Shown: one piece after another, positions 8,388 through 13,721 of the stretch
Layout of the letters: each line of letters begins with the position of its first letter
Position numbering within the stretch: the stretch's first letter is position 1
Source of the DNA: a virus
Length of the DNA: 13,721 nucleotides
Virus genome (UHGV): UHGV-0121712
Direction: 5' to 3' (one strand)
Made by a program: the position numbers and the translations under genes
The notes under the pieces: generated by a model
Databases searched by the model: none
What the model was told of the DNA's origin: nothing
The model's input: only the letters and a program-made list of their open reading frames with translations

Positions 8388-9266
8388 TCAGTAGTTATGT
8401 ACTGAAGGAGGTAATTCTTTATTCTTAAGTCTCATCCATGCGGAAAGATTCGTTGGTCCGTCTGGCTCATTGATATCAACATCTCGTGTGTGATTGATTA
8501 AAACGTCTCTCGCTATATCGATAATACGGGAGAACTCATAACCGCAGTCATGACATCTGCCGGAATAGTTCGATTGAATTTGTTTTAATGCCGGATACAG
8601 TTCGCGGAATAATGCCTGTGAACGGTTGGCATAATCCCATAACCATACAAGGCTGTTTGCTTCTTTTGCAGAAATCTCGTTGGTTTTCTTCTCTTGTTTG
8701 CCGATGAACTCACCTTCAAGCACTACCCTGTGGATGTACTCTACGGCCAGCGGGATTTGTTCAATTGAAAGTTCATCAATGCTGTCAATACCAAAACGCT
8801 GATGAACCATATTGTATGCATCGTCATAGCGAAGTCCTTTCTTTCCTACCAGCATGTTTACTGCATCGCGTAGCGGTGTTCTTTCCTCAACAGTGGTTTT
8901 CTTTCCTTTTACATACTCGCCATGTTTGCGAATTGAAGGCAGAACTTCTGCTGTTACCCACTTGCGGAATTTGTGTGGGACTGAACCTTTATTGACTGCA
9001 TCGCGGCAGCGCAGAACCAATGTATACATACCTGATTCGCTCACAATGCTTAGATTCTGCTCACCACCAAGGGTGTAACTTAAAGTTACTCCCTTTTCAT
9101 CGTCATCAAGTGCAGTAAGCGCCTTGCGTGAGTTAGTCAAAGCTAAAGCATCACAAACATCTTTAGCTACAAACCACGGCTCGCCGCACTTGTTAATGAC
9201 GCGAATTTCACTGTCGCCAAATTTGAAGATGGTGAAATCGTTTTGTGCCTTTGCTATACTTTTCAT
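8388..9266 (-). CDS. Antirepressor-like protein with N-terminal Bro-N domain
   Basis: 292-aa ORF. N-terminus ([14 protein letters not shown]...[16 protein letters not shown]) is a Bro-N-type motif; sits directly downstream of an Arc-like gene, as ant does in the P22 immI region. Confidence 0.7.
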   Translation of the reverse strand: MKSIAKAQNDFTIFKFGDSEIRVINKCGEPWFVAKDVCDALALTNSRKALTALDDDEKGVTLSYTLGGEQNLSIVSESGMYTLVLRCRDAVNKGSVPHKFRKWVTAEVLPSIRKHGEYVKGKKTTVEERTPLRDAVNMLVGKKGLRYDDAYNMVHQRFGIDSIDELSIEQIPLAVEYIHRVVLEGEFIGKQEKKTNEISAKEANSLVWLWDYANRSQALFRELYPALKQIQSNYSGRCHDCGYEFSRIIDIARDVLINHTRDVDINEPDGPTNLSAWMRLKNKELPPSVHNY

Positions 9267-9337
9267 GTCAATATTTCCCGATCAGATTTGTTGATGTAGA
9301 AGCCTCGCCAGTTCCCGCTGTCGGGGCTTCGTTATTT

Positions 9338-9484
9338 TTAGAGAGCATTCCGCATTTTCTCCCGGTACTTCAACCACCAAGCAAGTCCCTGAACCAACAC
9401 TGAGTTTTCTGACATCCCCTCTTCCTTGGCGATGCGTTTCACCTCCTCCTTAAAACGGTACGGATACCGATAACCGCGAGGCAT
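9338..9484 (-). CDS. Arc-family ribbon-helix-helix repressor
   Basis: 48-aa ORF (not in the six-frame track; decoded codon by codon): MPRGYRYPYRFKEEVKRIAKEEGMSENSVLVQGLAWWLKYREKMRNAL. Aligns in pattern with P22 Arc (PQFNLRWPREVLDLVRKVAEENGRSVNSEIYQRV): beta-strand, helix A, G-x-S-x-N-S turn, helix B. Weak RBS. Confidence 0.55.
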   Translation of the reverse strand: MPRGYRYPYRFKEEVKRIAKEEGMSENSVLVQGLAWWLKYREKMRNAL

Positions 9485-9591
9485 CGACTAATCTCGTTAG
9501 CAACGCGCATGAAACCATCTTCGGTATCTGCCACGCGATGCTCCACGACCTCCAGTTGAGGCCTGTAATCAGCTAACTTAACGACGCCCAT
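9439..9591 (-). pseudogene. Truncated N-terminal remnant of an O-like replication initiator
   Basis: ATG with strong AGGAG RBS. First ~34 codons (KLADYRPQLEVVEHRVADTEDGFMRVANEI) align with the lambda O N-terminus (KILNFGRGNFAGQERNVADLDDGYARLSNML) as I recall it; the frame then runs out of register into the arc gene and stops. No rest of O and no P follow. Confidence 0.4.
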
Positions 9592-9739
9592 GTTTCACTC
9601 CTGCTTTGGCTAGTCTGTAAACACCAACAAGGCGCTCTGCGAACGCCCTGTTATTTGCTGCGGCTACCACTAATCCCTCAGGTGAATCAGGGTGTCGAAT
9701 CTCTTCTTTTTCCTGGTATTTCTTACGACGTTTTGTCAT
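9578..9739 (-). CDS. Small basic protein between cII and the O remnant
   Basis: 53-aa ORF (MTKRRKKYQEKEEIRHPDSPEGL...) with RBS context ATCCACAGGAGTAATTATGAC, which I recall as the lambda O initiation region; its stop overlaps the start of the O remnant. Confidence 0.35.
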   Translation of the reverse strand: MTKRRKKYQEKEEIRHPDSPEGLVVAAANNRAFAERLVGVYRLAKAGVKHGRR

Positions 9740-9773
9740 AATTACTCCTGTGGATTGATCCAGTCTTTCTACA

Positions 9774-10052
9774 TCAGGCCTCGAAGAATTCGCCGTTCTT
9801 CGGGGCTTTTTCTTTTGTCAGCATTCTGGCTACTTTCTTAGCCAGTTCCGCCAACTCCTCGTCTTCAACACCCCATTCAAGAACAGCCAGAAGCATTCCC
9901 ATTTTGGGGATGAAGCTATCTTTCCATCGCGAAATTTGCGATTCATTAATCCCTAACGCGTCGGCAACCTTTCGCTGACCACGTACAGCAATTCGATTCA
10001 GGATGTTGCTTGTAATTGCATTCGCTTTCTTGCGAGTACTTGTAAGTTGCAT
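9774..10052 (-). CDS. cII: CII-type lysogeny activator (non-lambda allele)
   Basis: 92 aa from Met MQLTSTRKK...; conserved SQISRWK and MLLAVLEWGV motifs shared with lambda CII; upstream leader AAGGAAATACTTACATATG is lambda-like. Confidence 0.85.
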   Translation of the reverse strand: MQLTSTRKKANAITSNILNRIAVRGQRKVADALGINESQISRWKDSFIPKMGMLLAVLEWGVEDEELAELAKKVARMLTKEKAPKNGEFFEA

Positions 10053-10131
10053 ATGTAAGTATTTCCTTAGATAACAATTGATTGAATGTATGCAAATAAA
10101 TGCATACACCATAGGTGTGGTTTAATTTGAT

Positions 10132-10163
10132 GCCCTTTTTCAGGGCTGGGATGTGTAAGAGCG
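10132..10163 (-). promoter_or_regulatory. nutR (boxA CGCTCTTAC and boxB GCCCTGAAAAAGGGC on the minus strand)
   Basis: Reverse complement of 10155-10163 is the boxA consensus; 10132-10146 is the boxB hairpin; located between cro and cII as in lambda. Confidence 0.7.
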
Positions 10164-10171
10164 GGAATGTC

Positions 10172-11524
<1,353 letters not shown>

Positions 11525-11574
11525 TCCCCACCTCGATTTCGATAACCAAAAAACAAACTATTTTCCGTTTAAAA

Positions 11575-11647
11575 ACAATGGAGTTTGTTTTTCACGCCCC
11601 TTTTTACAATATTTATTGTTTACAACATACAATCTTTCTTGTAATTT
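11575..11647 (+). promoter_or_regulatory. 434-type left operator (three sites) with candidate PL promoter
   Basis: ACAA-N6-TTGT sites at 11575-11588, 11606-11619 and 11629-11642; candidate -35 TTTACA (11619-11624) and -10 TAATTT (11642-11647), 17-bp spacer, reading toward N. Confidence 0.8.
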
Positions 11648-11688
11648 TAAGCCATCAGCAGGACGCACTAACCACCATTGAAGGTGAG

Positions 11689-11718
11689 GCTCTTAAAAAT
11701 TTAGCCCTGAAGAAGGGC
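11689..11718 (+). promoter_or_regulatory. nutL (boxA GCTCTTAA, boxB GCCCTGAAGAAGGGC)
   Basis: boxA-like at 11689-11696; boxB hairpin at 11704-11718 matches the lambda nutL boxB as I recall it; lies between PL and N. Confidence 0.8.
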
Positions 11719-11986
11719 AGCATTCAAAGCAGAAAGCTTTGGGGTGTGGTGAAGCCAGCTAGTCACTGGTAAGTGCTTACCTACTGTTGAGCGGTGAAGC
11801 GCTCCCAACGCTAGCAATAGCGTGGACGAGATGGGGAGCCGCGGGCGATAAGGCCGCCATAACGCGCACGTTGTCGCATGGAAAAATCGCTGGGGTGCCG
11901 GTTATACCCCTCCGAATGAGACTCAACAAGCTGGAGCTAGACTACCAGCCACCACACCACCAAAGCTAACTGACAGGAGAATCCAG

Positions 11987-12121
11987 ATGGATGCACAAAC
12001 ACGCCGCCGCGAACGTCGCGCAGAGAAACAGGCTCAATGGAAAGCAGCAAATCCCCTGTTGGTTGGGGTAAGCGCAAAACCAGTTAAAGGTATTCGCGAT
12101 AAAGGTAAATATCGGCAATAA
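11987..12121 (+). pseudogene. N: Truncated antiterminator N (first ~33 codons lambda-like, then unrelated tail and stop)
   Basis: MDAQTRRRERRAEKQAQWKAANPLLVGVSAKPV matches the lambda N arginine-rich boxB-binding N-terminus; it continues KGIRDKGKYRQ-stop instead of NRPILSLNRKPK..., giving 44 aa versus 107 in lambda N. Confidence 0.8.
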
Positions 12122-12197
12122 ATAACAATCCTCGCACTCGCGGGGATTTCTTTTATCTGAACTCGCTACGGCGGGTTTTGTTTTATGGAGATGATAA

Positions 12198-12365
12198 ATG
12201 CACTTCCGAGTCACAGGTGAATGGAATGGAGAACCATTCAACAGAGTTATCGAAGCAGAGAACATCAACGACTGCTATGACCACTGGATGCTGTGGGCGC
12301 AGATAGCACATGCAGACGTAACCAATATTCGAATTGAAGAACTGAAAGAACACCAAGCCGCCTGA
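12198..12365 (+). CDS. Small hypothetical protein immediately upstream of xis (55 aa)
   Basis: ATG to TGA ORF (MHFRVTGEWNGEPFNRVIEAENINDCYDHWMLWAQIAHADVTNIRIEELKEHQAA) ending 39 nt before xis; I believe lambda has a 55-aa ORF at this position, from memory. Confidence 0.55.
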   Translation: MHFRVTGEWNGEPFNRVIEAENINDCYDHWMLWAQIAHADVTNIRIEELKEHQAA

Positions 12366-12380
12366 TGGCGGTTTTTTCTT
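12357..12380 (+). terminator. Candidate intrinsic terminator between the small ORF and xis
   Basis: GCCGCC / TGAT loop / GGCGGT followed by TTTTTTCTT, overlapping the end of the 55-aa ORF. Confidence 0.45.
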
Positions 12381-12404
12381 GCGTGTAATTGCGGAGACTT
12401 TGCG

Positions 12405-12623
12405 ATGTACTTGACACTTCAGGAGTGGAACGCTCGCCAGCGACGCCCAAGAAGCCTTGAAACAGTTCGTCGATGGGTACGCGAGTGCAGGATATTCCCT
12501 CCTCCGGTTAAGGATGGAAGAGAGTATCTGTTCCACGAATCAGCGGTAAAGGTTGACTTAAATCGACCAGTAACAGGTAGCCTTTTGAAGAGGATCAGAA
12601 ATGGGAAGAAGGCGAAGTCATGA
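12405..12623 (+). CDS. xis: Excisionase, lambda Xis
   Basis: 72-aa product MYLTLQEWNARQRRPRSLETVRRWVRECRIFPPPVKDGREYLFHESAVKVDLNRPVTGSLLKRIRNGKKAKS matches lambda Xis as I recall it; its 3' end overlaps int by 23 nt as in lambda. Confidence 0.95.
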   Translation: MYLTLQEWNARQRRPRSLETVRRWVRECRIFPPPVKDGREYLFHESAVKVDLNRPVTGSLLKRIRNGKKAKS

Positions 12624-13671
12624 GCGCCGGGATTTACCCCCTAACCTTTATATAAGAAACAATGGATATTACTGCTACAGGGACCCAAGGACGGGTAAAG
12701 AGTTTGGATTAGGCCGAGACAGGCGAATCGCAATCACTGAAGCTATACAGGCCAACATTGAGTTATTTTCAGGACACAAACACAAGCCTCTGACAGCGAG
12801 AATCAACAGTGATAATTCCGTTACGTTACATTCATGGCTTGATCGCTACGAAAAAATCCTGGCCAGCAGAGGAATCAAGCAGAAGACACTCATAAATTAC
12901 ATGAGCAAAATTAAAGCAATAAGGAGGGGTCTGCCTGATGCTCCACTTGAAGACATCACCACAAAAGAAATTGCGGCAATGCTCAATGGATACATAGACG
13001 AGGGCAAGGCGGCATCAGCCAAGTTAATCAGATCAACACTGAGCGATGCATTCCGAGAGGCTATAGCTGAAGGCCATATAACAACAAACCCGGTCGCAGC
13101 CACTCGCGCTGCAAAATCAGAGGTAAGGAGATCAAGACTTACGGCTGACGAATACCTGAAAATTTATCAAGCAGCAGAATCATCACCATGTTGGCTTAGA
13201 CTTGCAATGGAACTGGCTGTTGTTACCGGGCAGCGAGTTGGTGATTTATGCGAAATGAAGTGGTCTGATATCGTAGATGGATATCTTTATGTCGAGCAAA
13301 GCAAAACAGGCGTAAAAATTGCCATCCCAACAACATTGCATGTTGATGCTCTCGGGATATCAATGAAGGAAACACTTGATAAATGCAAAAAGATTCTTGG
13401 CGGAGAAACCATAATTGCATCTACTCGTCGTGAACCGCTTTCATCCGGCACAGTATCAAGGTATTTTATGCGCGCACGAAAAGCATCAGGTCTCTCCTTC
13501 GAAGGGGATCCGCCTACCTTTCACGAGTTGCGCAGTTTGTCTGCAAGACTCTATGAGAAGCAGATAAGCGATAAGTTTGCTCAACATCTTCTCGGGCATA
13601 AGTCGGACACCATGGCATCACAGTATCGTGATGACAGAGGCAGGGAGTGGGACAAAATTGAAATCAAATAA
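12601..13671 (+). CDS. int: Tyrosine integrase, lambda Int
   Basis: 356-aa product beginning MGRRRSHERRDLPPNLYIRNNGYYCYRDPRTGKEFGLGRDRR and ending ...DDRGREWDKIEIK, matching lambda Int as I recall it, including the catalytic-region HELRSLSARLY and HLLGHKSDTMASQY motifs. Confidence 0.97.
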   Translation: MGRRRSHERRDLPPNLYIRNNGYYCYRDPRTGKEFGLGRDRRIAITEAIQANIELFSGHKHKPLTARINSDNSVTLHSWLDRYEKILASRGIKQKTLINYMSKIKAIRRGLPDAPLEDITTKEIAAMLNGYIDEGKAASAKLIRSTLSDAFREAIAEGHITTNPVAATRAAKSEVRRSRLTADEYLKIYQAAESSPCWLRLAMELAVVTGQRVGDLCEMKWSDIVDGYLYVEQSKTGVKIAIPTTLHVDALGISMKETLDKCKKILGGETIIASTRREPLSSGTVSRYFMRARKASGLSFEGDPPTFHELRSLSARLYEKQISDKFAQHLLGHKSDTMASQYRDDRGREWDKIEIK

Positions 13672-13721
13672 TGATTTTATTTTGACTGATAGTGACCTGT
13701 TCGTTGCAACAAATTGATAAG
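13668..13721. other. attP P' arm (partial): three Int arm-type binding sites; core lies beyond the window end
   Basis: The 3' terminal sequence is the reverse complement of the lambda P' arm as I recall it; arm-type sites ATAATGATTT (13668-13677), ATTTTGACTG (13679-13688) and ATAGTGACCT (13689-13698) correspond to P'3, P'2, P'1. The window stops about 20 bp short of the core. Confidence 0.85.

Noticed and set aside
8765-9078. Plus-strand ORFs inside the antirepressor gene
   Set aside because: Antisense shadow frames within the Bro-N gene.
11578-11969. ORFs 11578..11772 and 11787..11969 between the cI-coupled gene and N
   Set aside because: They overlay the OL operators, candidate PL, the nutL boxA/boxB and the N leader; this region is regulatory RNA or DNA in lambdoid phages and neither ORF has a convincing RBS.
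11966-12536. Minus-strand ORFs 11966..12268, 12183..12536 and 12265..12450
   Set aside because: Antisense to N, the 55-aa ORF and xis, whose plus-strand products match known lambda proteins.
12897-13420. Minus-strand ORFs 12897..13103 and 13223..13420
   Set aside because: Antisense within int.

Overview
This window reads as a mosaic, probably defective, lambdoid prophage remnant shown in the opposite orientation to the standard lambda map. The right end (about 12.1-13.7 kb) matches, from my memory of the lambda sequence, a 55-aa ORF, xis, int and the P' arm of attP; the attP core lies just beyond the window. The centre carries a phage-434-type immunity switch (cI, cro, three OR and three OL 14-bp operators of the form ACAA-N6-TTGT, nutL, nutR) and a non-lambda cII. 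Three apparent deletion scars are visible: N is cut after about 33 codons, an O-like replication gene is cut after about 34 codons, and no head, sheath, tube, lysis or Q genes are present. Downstream of the truncated O lies an Arc-like repressor plus Bro-N antirepressor pair, then a strong terminator, then a translationally coupled P2-type baseplate and tail-fibre operon (V-W-J-I-H order) on the minus strand. The left end carries a conspicuously AT-rich acyltransferase-family-3 gene on the opposite strand, a likely surface-polysaccharide O-acetylase (serotype-conversion) moron. The most interesting candidates for undescribed function are a secreted protein translationally coupled to cI, the Arc/antirepressor cassette fused into the pR operon, and the tail module stranded behind a terminator. 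All identifications rest on reading the sequence and recalled protein families; no database search was run.
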